Part shown: positions 25,795-34,619 of the stretch, in pieces
How positions within the stretch are numbered: position 1 is the first letter of the stretch
Layout: each line of letters opens with the position of its first letter
From: an uncultured Gammaproteobacteria bacterium
GTDB lineage: Bacteria; Patescibacteriota; Patescibacteriia; Magasanikbacterales; UBA922
Direction of reading: 5' to 3'
NCBI GenBank assembly: GCA_964433095.1
Contig: CAYSPW010000004.1
Span: 1 to 57,800 of the forward strand
Length of the DNA stretch: 57,800 nucleotides
Program-made: the position numbers and the translations under genes
The notes under the pieces: generated by a model
Databases searched by the model: none
What the model saw: only the letters and a program-made list of their open reading frames with translations
Told to the model about the DNA's origin: nothing

Positions 25795-26033
25795 TAGCAA
25801 CGACTAATATATTATTGCCAAACAAAAAATCATGCTTTCACCAGATATTATACATCAAATCGAAAAAAAAAAGAAAGAACCGCCTTTTTGATCATTTACT
25901 CAAAAAATCTTGAACGGTCAATAAAAAAAATCGGGGCGGTATCGATTTAAAAAAAACAACAAACCGACATTGGCAAATTAAATTATTGATTGATTGGCGA
26001 CAGCTTGCGAGTTTTTCTGTGTATTTAAAACAT

Positions 26034-26545
26034 TTATTGGCATAAGTTTGGAATATCCCGGTTTTCTCTCATGGCCTGGGTCTTTTCGGCCATGGTCCAA
26101 AAACTTTGGTGTTCAAAAAAATACTCTTCCAATACTTTCATGGTCTGATTGAAATTTTCTTCCACCGGCGGCTCGCCGCTGATTTCACCCTTTTTTATCA
26201 ATCCGTTCACTTCCTCTATATCTCTGTCGTTTTCCACCACCAAGGCCGCTATGCCCAAGCCCAAAACGGCCGCTGCTGCTGAAGATGTTTTCCTCCGGTC
26301 ATGAAGTGTTGTGCTTTAGGGTGATTTACTAAAAATTGTTCCAATGTTTTTCCGTAAGTTTGATAATGATCCTTATTCTTGATAAGATAGTCAACAAAAA
26401 TTTTTGCCGGTATGACGATAACCGGCTCAACATGATCACTCGATTTTAATCTTTCGCAATAATTGAAAAACGCTTCCGGACTGTGCAGCGGCGGGTAATC
26501 CATCATGGCGATCAATTGTTCCGGTTGAAAAAACTTCTTTTTCAT
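26034..26545 (-). pseudogene. hypothetical gene split by a -1 frame change near a T4/A4 run at 26288-26291 (possible ParB/Srx-like fold)
   Basis: ORFs 26249..26545 and 26034..26264 overlap. The downstream frame stays open upstream of its TTG start, reading ...TSSAAAAVLGLGIAALVVEND, and joins naturally after ...HFMTGGK. Confidence 0.45.
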
Positions 26546-26578
26546 GGTTATTTTCGTACAAGCTTAAAAACACTGCCT

Positions 26579-26607
26579 ATTATATTTCCAACCGCGTTAA
26601 GCGTCAA
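26579..26607 (-). promoter_or_regulatory. near-consensus promoter of the split gene
   Basis: Minus strand reads TTGACG-17 nt-TATAAT; the -10 lies about 34 nt upstream of the ATG at 26545. Confidence 0.6.
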
Positions 26608-26764
26608 TATTCGTTCACAATATTTTTTTACTCTCGTTCCGCGGTCATTTCTCTTGACCGACCGCTCCGGCAAATTCTTGCCTGACTGAAACTTGAGGTT
26701 AATTTGCGTAAAATCGCCACGGCCTCCCGGCGTATTTTTATCTTTTGACAATATTTATTTTTAA

Positions 26765-26797
26765 TATAAAATAAGACCCGCAAATAAATTACGGGTA
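26765..26797 (-). terminator. terminator-like hairpin after the 94-aa ORF
   Basis: ACCCG-11 nt-CGGGT with T-rich tracts on both sides. Confidence 0.4.
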
Positions 26798-26803
26798 CTT
26801 TTT

Positions 26804-27088
26804 TTATTTCAGCATGCTTTTCGACTTTTTTTGTGCCAACCAAAAAACATTGCCTTCCACCTCCATTCTATGCAGGTGGATAAAACTATCATCTTTTTCT
26901 CCTTTAATAACGAAAAAGTTCTTTCCCGGCCATTTCTCAAATTCCTTAATTTTTTCTCCTGTTTTAATCATCTCTTCCACCAGCTCCCGCATGTTGTCCA
27001 ACACTTCGCGTGGTATTGCTATCATATCTTTTACCTCGGGCGAGGCCTCCCTTTTTTGTTGTTGTTGACCGATATTTGATTCTTTCAT
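26804..27088 (-). CDS. small hypothetical protein co-transcribed with the kinase-like gene
   Basis: 94-aa ORF starting 21 nt downstream of the kinase-like gene stop. Confidence 0.45.
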   Translation of the reverse strand: MKESNIGQQQQKREASPEVKDMIAIPREVLDNMRELVEEMIKTGEKIKEFEKWPGKNFFVIKGEKDDSFIHLHRMEVEGNVFWLAQKKSKSMLK

Positions 27089-27109
27089 ACTTTTGTTTTT
27101 TTGTCAAGC

Positions 27110-28051
27110 CTAAATATTCTTAGCGAGCGCGGATTTAAATTTATTTTTAACCTGCCGCAATTGCAGATCATCATGATTATATCTTGTTACCGAACCGTCC
27201 GCATTCTTTATCTTGTATATATCTTCCTCATTAGTTAAAAAACTCGTCTCCACAGCCAGGCCGAAATCTATTATATATGGCAAGGCGGAGTCATAATCCA
27301 CCATTACATTTCCGGCATGCAAATCTCTATGATGAATTTTTGTTTTATGCATCTTGTCGACAAATTCCTGAACCGCGCCAAAAAATACGTCAAAATCAAA
27401 ATTATCCGGCACTCGCGACGTATCAAGCATTAATTCACTAAGGCTTGCTCCGTTCACCCGCTCCATGGAAATAACCCTAAAATCTTTGAGGGCGGCGCAA
27501 TACGCCACGGCTGGTACTCTGGCCTTCAATTGATCGTTAAATTTGGACATCATTATCTGCAAGTAGGCCTCTTTGAGTAAATTATTTCCCTCTCTATATT
27601 TTTGCCAATCTTTGACCACCTTAAAACATTTTGATGGATCTTCTAGGTTGACAAAAACCTCGGCCACTTGACCGGCTCCAATCAGTTTGTTCTGTTTGTT
27701 TGAAACCAATTCCCGAATAGAACTTATTTCTTCTTCCTGTTCGTAAAAAGGGGCCTCCGGAGTTATCAAACCCTTGTAACGATCTATTTCATCAAAATAG
27801 AAATCAGATTCCAGGTGCTCGGCCGCTTTGGCCCGCCTTTGGGAAAGATTTATTAAATCTTTTTTAAATTTTAACCAAACAGACAGATCTTCCATTTCAC
27901 TGTCAATAAGGTCGTCAAATTTTTTCTCCCAGATTTCACTCAAGCTCGGCGGTACTTTTTCAAGCAACCCCTCCACCTCGTCTATCAAATCATCCAATTC
28001 TTTGGCGGCAAAATCTTGTTTTTCTATCCTCCTTGCTTCCGCGTAAGTCAT
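27110..28051 (-). CDS. eukaryotic-like protein kinase fold protein with ~120-aa helical N-terminal region
   Basis: Gly-loop IGAGQVAEVF, CFKVVK lysine, catalytic loop HHRDLHAGNVMV, and DFGLA. Confidence 0.7.
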   Translation of the reverse strand: MTYAEARRIEKQDFAAKELDDLIDEVEGLLEKVPPSLSEIWEKKFDDLIDSEMEDLSVWLKFKKDLINLSQRRAKAAEHLESDFYFDEIDRYKGLITPEAPFYEQEEEISSIRELVSNKQNKLIGAGQVAEVFVNLEDPSKCFKVVKDWQKYREGNNLLKEAYLQIMMSKFNDQLKARVPAVAYCAALKDFRVISMERVNGASLSELMLDTSRVPDNFDFDVFFGAVQEFVDKMHKTKIHHRDLHAGNVMVDYDSALPYIIDFGLAVETSFLTNEEDIYKIKNADGSVTRYNHDDLQLRQVKNKFKSALAKNI

Positions 28052-28175
28052 ATTATTTATTTAATATCCAAACAGCAAAATTTAAAAAAAATGAATATTT
28101 GATCATAAAAAAATTAATTCATTAAATAACATTATACATTGTTTATGAAAAATAACAAACGCCGAACATACAATT

Positions 28176-28250
28176 TGGCTCCGAGAGCAGGACTTGAACC
28201 TGCAACTTCCCGGTTAACAGCCGGGTGTTCTACCATTGAACTATCTCGGA
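28176..28250 (-). tRNA. tRNA-Asn (anticodon GTT), CCA encoded
   Basis: Hand-folded cloverleaf: acceptor TCCGAGA/TCTCGGA, anticodon arm CCCGG-CTGTTAA-CCGGG, T arm GCAGG-TTCAAGT-CCTGC, discriminator G, then CCA. Confidence 0.93.
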
Positions 28251-28252
28251 AT

Positions 28253-28438
28253 GAAAAACCCGCTCCGGGCGGGTTTATTTAGCATTGTAAAACCATGCAC
28301 CGCCTAGAAGTCCTTGCTATTGTTATTATTATTTCCCGTATTTATCTGCATAGTAGAAAATATGTCGTAATCCCAAGGTGGATTTTAGATTTCAACCCCC
28401 CACTCTTCAATCGCTTCCACCGGCTATGAGTAAAGATT
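28253..28438 (-). ncRNA. candidate ~185-nt transcript or 5-prime leader ending in a hairpin that abuts tRNA-Asn
   Basis: Bounded by the promoter at 28445-28473 and the AACCCGC/GCGGGTT hairpin plus TTTTT at 28253-28276. No ORF longer than 15 aa. Confidence 0.3.
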
Positions 28439-28444
28439 AAGGTA

Positions 28445-28473
28445 ATATTAGCAATATTTTTTCGGTTTGTCAA
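28445..28473 (-). promoter_or_regulatory. strong promoter-like element
   Basis: Minus strand reads TTGACA-17 nt-TAATAT. Confidence 0.5.
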
Positions 28474-28664
28474 GCATTATATGATAACTAAAACCGGATC
28501 AACTACTTGACAAAACCGTTAAATTATGCTATTACAACATGTTTTTATCGGAAAAAACCTAAACAAAGGAGCAACGAAGAGAAAATCTTCACCGCGGCAT
28601 GACCCCGGCAAACCCGGTAACACATATAGCCGGATTTTTTATTTTCAATCATATGCCACCGCAC

Positions 28665-29648
28665 TCACCTGATACCCACCATCTCCCTGACATCACTCAA
28701 AGTCTTTTTGGCCTCCGGCGCTGCTTTATCCGCTCCTTGAATCAAAATCTCGGCTATTTTATCGTGGTCCATGAGTAATTCTTTTCTCTTTTCCCTGAAG
28801 CCCAGGAAATGATCCGACAGAGCGGTGGACACCGCCTGTTTGAGATTGCCGTATTGTATCCGGCCGCTTCGCTCTTCTTCGGCAAATTGATCATATATCA
28901 ATTGGTCACCGAATTCCTTGAGCAACAACAATAAATTACGCGCGCCCGGAGCTTCACCACCGCCCTCGGAAGCAGTAACCGCTTTCTTGATCTTTTCCTC
29001 TATCACGGCGGGACTATCGGCCAGCTCCAATACGTGGCCCGGACCTTTGCTTTTACTCATCTTTTTATCCGGCTCCAGCAGGCTCATCACTTTGGGTACG
29101 GGAGTAAGAATGGCTTCGGTTTCGGGAAAATATTCTTCGTATTTGTTGTTAAACCATCTAGCTATATCGCGAGTCAGCTCCACGTGCTGTACCTGGTCCC
29201 GGCCCACCGGCACCTTGTCGCCGCGGTAGATTAAAATATCGGCCGCCTGCAATACCGGATAAGTAAACAATCCGGCGTTAATATTGGCCCGCTGGAGCGA
29301 TAATTTGTCTTTGAATTGCGTCATGCGCTCCAATTCGGCCATCGGGGTCAGGCAGTTAAAAATCCAGGACAGCTCCGTGTGTTCAATCACATGAGACTGG
29401 ACAAATAAAACGGTTTTTCGCGGATCAATACCGGCCGCCAGTAGCTCGGCCGCGGTTCTGGTAATCTGCTCGCGCCTATCCGAGGCGGACATATTGCCGG
29501 TGAGAGAATGGTGATCGGCAATGAAAATATACATATCGTATTCGCCGCTTTGCTGCAAATCCAACCAATGCCTGATGGCGCCCAGATAATTGCCCACATG
29601 CAGATTGCCGGTTGGTTGTATTCCCGATACTATAACTGATTTTGACAT
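28665..29648 (-). CDS. trpS: tryptophan--tRNA ligase
   Basis: GIQPTGNLHVGNYLGA (HIGH-type motif) and KMSKS. Start chosen at MSKSVIV (ATG 29648). Confidence 0.93.
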   Translation of the reverse strand: MSKSVIVSGIQPTGNLHVGNYLGAIRHWLDLQQSGEYDMYIFIADHHSLTGNMSASDRREQITRTAAELLAAGIDPRKTVLFVQSHVIEHTELSWIFNCLTPMAELERMTQFKDKLSLQRANINAGLFTYPVLQAADILIYRGDKVPVGRDQVQHVELTRDIARWFNNKYEEYFPETEAILTPVPKVMSLLEPDKKMSKSKGPGHVLELADSPAVIEEKIKKAVTASEGGGEAPGARNLLLLLKEFGDQLIYDQFAEEERSGRIQYGNLKQAVSTALSDHFLGFREKRKELLMDHDKIAEILIQGADKAAPEAKKTLSDVREMVGIR

Positions 29649-29770
29649 ACAAAAAAAGTAAACATTAGCGTCTAATTTAATATATCTTACCAGCAAAAAA
29701 AGCAAAAAGCAACCGAGTCGAAAAACAATGAAAAAAAATAAAAAAGGACGGCCCGCTTGTTCGCGGCCGC

Positions 29771-30022
29771 CTAAAGTGTCATCAACTTCCTGAACTGCCG
29801 GCGCATGAATTTTTTTACCTCCAAGCTCATGCGCAGCTGTCGCAAAACCAGATTAAAACTTTTGATGGATTCAACCTGATCATGAAAGGGCCCGTGCTCA
29901 AGGCCAAAATACCTAAAATATATTGACCGTCGGGCTTCCATGTCTACCACTAATACCACGCGCAGGATGCCATCGGCCAAATCCACGGTTTCCATCACCA
30001 GCAAATCCTCGGGTAAATCAAT
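29771..30022 (-). CDS. small hypothetical protein; start uncertain (ATT at 30022 behind a strong SD, or ATG at 29995)
   Basis: AGGAGGTG lies at 30035-30028 (minus), 5 nt before an in-frame ATT. The ORF track starts at a GTG at 30070. Confidence 0.4.
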   Translation of the reverse strand: MDLPEDLLVMETVDLADGILRVVLVVDMEARRSIYFRYFGLEHGPFHDQVESIKSFNLVLRQLRMSLEVKKFMRRQFRKLMTL

Positions 30023-30095
30023 GGCCCACCTCCTTTTTGTAAGAATGAAAACCAAATATATTGTAAGCACGGACGTCCCCGGTTGTCAATACTTA

Positions 30096-31925
30096 TTAAA
30101 CTTCAATCACCACCGGCAGCACCATCGGCCTTTTTTGCGTTTTGGAAAAGAGAAATTGTCCCACTTTATCACGAATATTGTTCTTTATCTGATTGGTGTC
30201 GGCCCATGTCAGAGGATCCGACTCTATCACCATCTTTCTCACTTTGTGCCGCACTTCTTCAATCAATTTTTTGTTTTCTTTTAAAAACACAAATCCTCTT
30301 GATATTATATCCGGATTCTGCACCAGCTCGCCGGTCTTGGTGTCAATGGTAGCGATCACCACCACCATCCCGTCTTCGGCCAGCAGCTGCCGATCGCGCA
30401 AGACGATGTTTTGCGTGTCCGTAATACCGAGTCCGTCCACGAACACATAGTCGCTCGGCACTTTGTTTTGCAGTACTTTGCCGTCTTTTTTGCTGATCTC
30501 AATCACCGAGCCGTTATCCGGCACGAATATTTTATCTTCCGGAAAGCCGTTGTCCCGCGCCAGCCAGGCCGCTTCTTTGAGCATATAGTGGTTGGCGTAA
30601 ACCGGAATGAAATATGTCGGCCTGATCTGCTTCACCATATCTAAAATGTCGGCACGAGTGGCGTGACCGGAAACATGCACGTCCATGATTTCTCCGTGAA
30701 CCACGCGATCGCACTGGCGGTAAACATTATCTTTTAAACGCTGGATACTTCTTTCATTGCCCGGGATAACCGAGGAAGAAAAAATCACCGTATCTTGCTT
30801 TTTCAGCTTGATGTATTTGTGCTGCCCGTTCACTATACGCATCAATACCGCGTTCTCCTCACCCTGCGCGCCGGTACCCACCACCACGATCTTGTCGTCC
30901 GGATAATTTTCTATTTTCTTAATGTCAATCAATATATTTTTCTTCAGCTTAATGTACCCCAACTTTCTGGCAATCTCAATATTCATTTTCATGGAATAAC
31001 CGTCCAGTGCCACTTTCTTTCCCAGTTTTTCCGAGGCCCTCAACACCCATTTGATTCTCTCAATCTGCGAAGAAAAAGTGCCGATGATCACTCGGCCGGG
31101 AGCTTTGGAAATGATGGACTGCAAATTCTCATACATCTGCTCGTAATTGCCATGCGGCTTGTCATGAACCGCGCCCAAGCTCTCCAGCATCAAAACGGTT
31201 GGTTTTTTCAATTTTCTCAGATGCGTATAATCCATGGTCGGCTTGCCTTTTTTATCCCGCTCCAGTGTCCAGTCTCCCGGATGAATGGCGGTTCCGCCCG
31301 GAGTTTCAATAATCACTCCGACCGCGTCCATGATTGAGTGCTCCACTTGGAAAAACTTAATCTTGAATTTTCCCAGCTTGATCACCGAGGTAATTTTGTC
31401 GATCCTGATGCTTTTTAATTTTTTTGAAGAACCTTTTTCATGATCTTCCAGCTTGTGCCTAACCAGCGCCAGCGTCAAATCACGCGCCGCTACCGGCGGA
31501 TTGCCCAATTTATCAAGCAAAATCGGAGCGGCGCCTATATGGTCCAAATGTCCGTGGCTTAAAACCACTCCTTTGATATTTTTGGTTCTACCTTCCAAGT
31601 ACTTAATATTTGGTATTATGTAGTCAATACCGGGCATGTCTTCTTCCGGAAACTGCAGGCCCAAATCCAAAATCACGATGTCGCCTTCGTATTCAAACAC
31701 GGTCATGTTGCGTCCCACCTCTTCGCAACCGCCGAGCGGAATAATGCGCAGCACTCCTTTTTTATTCATAGAACCGGTGGAGCGCACTTTTTTTGTATTC
31801 TTGCCCAGTTGCCTGTCTTTTGCCTGCCGGGCACGGTAGTAACCGCCGGTTTTCTTTCCGCTCTTGCTTCTTTCGCGGTGGGAACGAGCACCGCTGTTGC
31901 GGCGTATTTTTTGTGTACTGTTCAT
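30096..31925 (-). CDS. rnj: ribonuclease J (metallo-beta-lactamase / beta-CASP) with basic N-terminal extension
   Basis: VVLSHGHLDHIGA; the length and layout are typical of RNase J. Confidence 0.9.
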   Translation of the reverse strand: MNSTQKIRRNSGARSHRERSKSGKKTGGYYRARQAKDRQLGKNTKKVRSTGSMNKKGVLRIIPLGGCEEVGRNMTVFEYEGDIVILDLGLQFPEEDMPGIDYIIPNIKYLEGRTKNIKGVVLSHGHLDHIGAAPILLDKLGNPPVAARDLTLALVRHKLEDHEKGSSKKLKSIRIDKITSVIKLGKFKIKFFQVEHSIMDAVGVIIETPGGTAIHPGDWTLERDKKGKPTMDYTHLRKLKKPTVLMLESLGAVHDKPHGNYEQMYENLQSIISKAPGRVIIGTFSSQIERIKWVLRASEKLGKKVALDGYSMKMNIEIARKLGYIKLKKNILIDIKKIENYPDDKIVVVGTGAQGEENAVLMRIVNGQHKYIKLKKQDTVIFSSSVIPGNERSIQRLKDNVYRQCDRVVHGEIMDVHVSGHATRADILDMVKQIRPTYFIPVYANHYMLKEAAWLARDNGFPEDKIFVPDNGSVIEISKKDGKVLQNKVPSDYVFVDGLGITDTQNIVLRDRQLLAEDGMVVVIATIDTKTGELVQNPDIISRGFVFLKENKKLIEEVRHKVRKMVIESDPLTWADTNQIKNNIRDKVGQFLFSKTQKRPMVLPVVIEV

Positions 31926-31993
31926 ATTTAAAAAAGGTTATCTTTAATATTAATATTGAAGAGAAAATGATTTTTTAAAAAACCAATTTTTTG

Positions 31994-32077
31994 TGCCGAA
32001 GGCGAGAGTTGAACTCGCACTCCCTTGCGGGAACTGGCTCCTGAAGCCAGCGTGTCTACCAATTCCACCACTCCGGC
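31994..32077 (-). tRNA. tRNA-Leu (anticodon CAG), long variable arm, CCA not encoded
   Basis: Acceptor GCCGGAG/CTTCGGC, anticodon arm CTGGC-TTCAGGA-GCCAG, T arm GCGAG-TTCAACT-CTCGC. Confidence 0.9.
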
Positions 32078-32120
32078 TTACGTATTGATATATTTGTATT
32101 TCCCTGATTTTCCCTAATTT

Positions 32121-34199
32121 TTACTTCTCTGTTTCTGTTTTTTTGTCTTTATTTAAATCCCAACGGCCGTCGGTCTTTATATACCAGCCGCAAACGTCGG
32201 CAAACCTGTCTGAAGGACTGGAAATTCTTGCCACGCCGAAGCCTCGCACCTTGTCGCTCATGGCGTAGGTGTAGGTGGGCATGTACAGAAATATAGCTGG
32301 ACGATCTTCAAGAATTTTGTCCTGAAACCGAATATAAAATTCAACCAGCTCATCATCGTCCACCGTTTCTCTGGCTCTTTCCAAAATCTGATCCACTTCC
32401 TTATCAGAATAGCTGGACAAATTCAATCCCGGGTAATCCTTCTGAGAAGAATGCCAAAACGGATATTGGTCCGGGTCACTGCCAACAATCTCGCCGTAAA
32501 GCAAAATATCATAATTGCGCCCTTTCAAAACTTCACGGGAGATATTCTTGGCCGAAACATAGTTCAAATTGGTTTTAATCCCGATCTCCTGCCAAAATCC
32601 GGCTATCAAATTCGCCGCGCTCTGGTATTCCCGAGTGTCGGCGGTAACCAGGTTCAACTCCAGTATATCACCGTTTTCATCTTTTCTAAAGAAAGTCTGC
32701 GCTTGGTTCAACTCTTGATCCAACCGCTCATCAATTTGCTTTTCCGCTTCTTCTCGCGCCCGCGCTTTTTGTTTTTCCAACTCTTGATCATCGGACTGTT
32801 CGGATAAATTTTCTTGCTCGGCCTGATCCGGCTTTGCTTCCGACTCCCATTGTTCGGACTGCGCCCGGTAGGATTCTTCCCATTCTTGCAGCAGCCTTTC
32901 TTTCAGTTCTTGGCGGTAATCCGAATAACTGACGCGCTCGTAATTTTCATTCAAAAGCTCATTGGCCTTGTCGATAGAATAGGGAGTTTTTTCTATTTCC
33001 GGGTTAAAACCGGGAAAGCCGGGTAATATCGGAGAATATATTACTTGCCCGTCCCCTTGCAGTACTTCGCGCATAATTCTATCTTTGTCTATGGCATAAG
33101 CCAAAGCGGTGCGCAAATCAATGTCGGAAAGCGTCGGCTGCAAATTTTGATTGAAAAACAAAGCGGTGTATTGAGGCAGCCGCAAGGTATGCAGCATGAT
33201 ATGCTTGCGCTGTACTTTTTCTTTCAAATCGGCCGGCACGAAATTAAGTCCGTCCACTCGCTGTTCGCGTAGAGCTTCAATCGCTCCGGCCGGACCGGAA
33301 TAGTCGGAAAAAAACTCAAATACCACTTCTTCAATGTACGGAGGCTGACGGTAAAATCCCTCAAAACGGTTCAGGCGGTAGCGGTAAATGTATCCGGTGT
33401 CATCTTTGGACAAACCGGAAAACAGAAACGGCCCGGTACCGACCGGCTGCCAGTTCTGTCGTGCCAGTTTCATTCTCTCGGCCGGTATGGCGGCCCAGAT
33501 ATGCTCGGGCAGTATACCTACGGTCAAGGTGGATAAAAACGGCGCGAACGGCTCGCTTAATGTAAAACGGATGGTATAGTCATCCAACACTTGTACATCT
33601 ACTCCTTGAAATGTAACCAGCAACGGACTGCCGACATTCGGATCTTGGATCGCTTCCACGGTAAAAGCCACGTCGCGCGCGGTAAACGGCTCCCGATCGT
33701 GCCAAAGCACGTCTTTTTTCAACTGGAACGTGTAGGTGAGCTTGTCTTCGCTGATCTGGTAAGCGGCCGCCAGGTCGGTAATGAGCCTCTGTTTTTCGTC
33801 ATAGCGCATCAGCCCGGAATATACCAGCCGGGACAGATCGGCGTCAACATCATTCATGCCCGAATAAATCGGGTTGATCAATTGCGGCGATCCAACTACC
33901 GCTTCGGTGTATTCCCCTCCCACCGCCGGCACCTGTATCCGGTTTTTAACCACAAAATCCATCCCCAACCAAACCAAGCCTCCGGCGAATAGCAGTAGAG
34001 CCAAATTAAAAGCCAGTCTTTCCTTTTTATTCAATACTTTTTTAAAACGCAAAATTTGGCCCCAGCGCGGAAAACGCCGGCCTTGGACGCGCCGCATCAG
34101 TGTCAAATCATGATCATGGTCAACAACTTGCTTATTTTTTTTCTTCAGCAAAAGGTCGACGCTTTTTTTCTTTAATTTCGCTATTAAAGACAAAGACAC
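32121..34199 (-). CDS. ABC transporter substrate-binding protein, family 5 (peptide/nickel type), N-terminal TM anchor and acidic insertion
   Basis: LKKDVLWHDREPFTARDVAFTVEAI and overall family-5 layout. An E/Q-rich insert spans about aa 440-510. Confidence 0.8.
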   Translation of the reverse strand: MSLSLIAKLKKKSVDLLLKKKNKQVVDHDHDLTLMRRVQGRRFPRWGQILRFKKVLNKKERLAFNLALLLFAGGLVWLGMDFVVKNRIQVPAVGGEYTEAVVGSPQLINPIYSGMNDVDADLSRLVYSGLMRYDEKQRLITDLAAAYQISEDKLTYTFQLKKDVLWHDREPFTARDVAFTVEAIQDPNVGSPLLVTFQGVDVQVLDDYTIRFTLSEPFAPFLSTLTVGILPEHIWAAIPAERMKLARQNWQPVGTGPFLFSGLSKDDTGYIYRYRLNRFEGFYRQPPYIEEVVFEFFSDYSGPAGAIEALREQRVDGLNFVPADLKEKVQRKHIMLHTLRLPQYTALFFNQNLQPTLSDIDLRTALAYAIDKDRIMREVLQGDGQVIYSPILPGFPGFNPEIEKTPYSIDKANELLNENYERVSYSDYRQELKERLLQEWEESYRAQSEQWESEAKPDQAEQENLSEQSDDQELEKQKARAREEAEKQIDERLDQELNQAQTFFRKDENGDILELNLVTADTREYQSAANLIAGFWQEIGIKTNLNYVSAKNISREVLKGRNYDILLYGEIVGSDPDQYPFWHSSQKDYPGLNLSSYSDKEVDQILERARETVDDDELVEFYIRFQDKILEDRPAIFLYMPTYTYAMSDKVRGFGVARISSPSDRFADVCGWYIKTDGRWDLNKDKKTETEK

Positions 34200-34228
34200 A
34201 AAAAATTTGCTTTAGAGCAAAAAATCGG

Positions 34229-34447
34229 CTAGATAATTACTTGCGCCAACGCGGTGGCGAAAAAAAGTATGGAAATGACTATTGTGGCTCTATACAAAAA
34301 TTTATCCGCTCCCCGCCTGGTCATCTGCACTCCGCCGCCGCCGCCGAAAGCCGCGCCCAATCCGGCGCTGCGCTGCTGCGTTAACACCGTAATGATGAGC
34401 AATATGGCCAATACCAGTTGTACGATTTGTATTACCTGGGTTAGCAT
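34229..34447 (-). CDS. secG: preprotein translocase subunit SecG
   Basis: 72 aa; two TM helices flank the Gly-rich GLGAAFGGGGG loop. Confidence 0.8.
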   Translation of the reverse strand: MLTQVIQIVQLVLAILLIITVLTQQRSAGLGAAFGGGGGVQMTRRGADKFLYRATIVISILFFATALAQVII

Positions 34448-34526
34448 AATAACAGTTTTTTTGCTGTTGTTTAATAATACAGAGTATATACAAACCGCCG
34501 CGAAAAAGCAAGCCTAAGGCGCGTTC

Positions 34527-34555
34527 TTGACAAATTTAATGTTAATTGATATAAT
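34527..34555 (+). promoter_or_regulatory. consensus sigma-70 promoter upstream of rpmE
   Basis: TTGACA-17 nt-TATAAT, an exact consensus. Confidence 0.65.
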
Positions 34556-34619
34556 TTGCGGGCAGTAAATGGCTGCTCAATGCAAAAAAGACGCATTTGA
34601 TAGAGAATGAAAAAAATAT

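Noticed and set aside
29649-29770. Expected a T-box leader upstream of trpS.
   Set aside because: Only ~120 nt are available, and part of that is the terminator of the upstream ORF. I saw no specifier-loop/antiterminator arrangement and no conserved T-box sequence.
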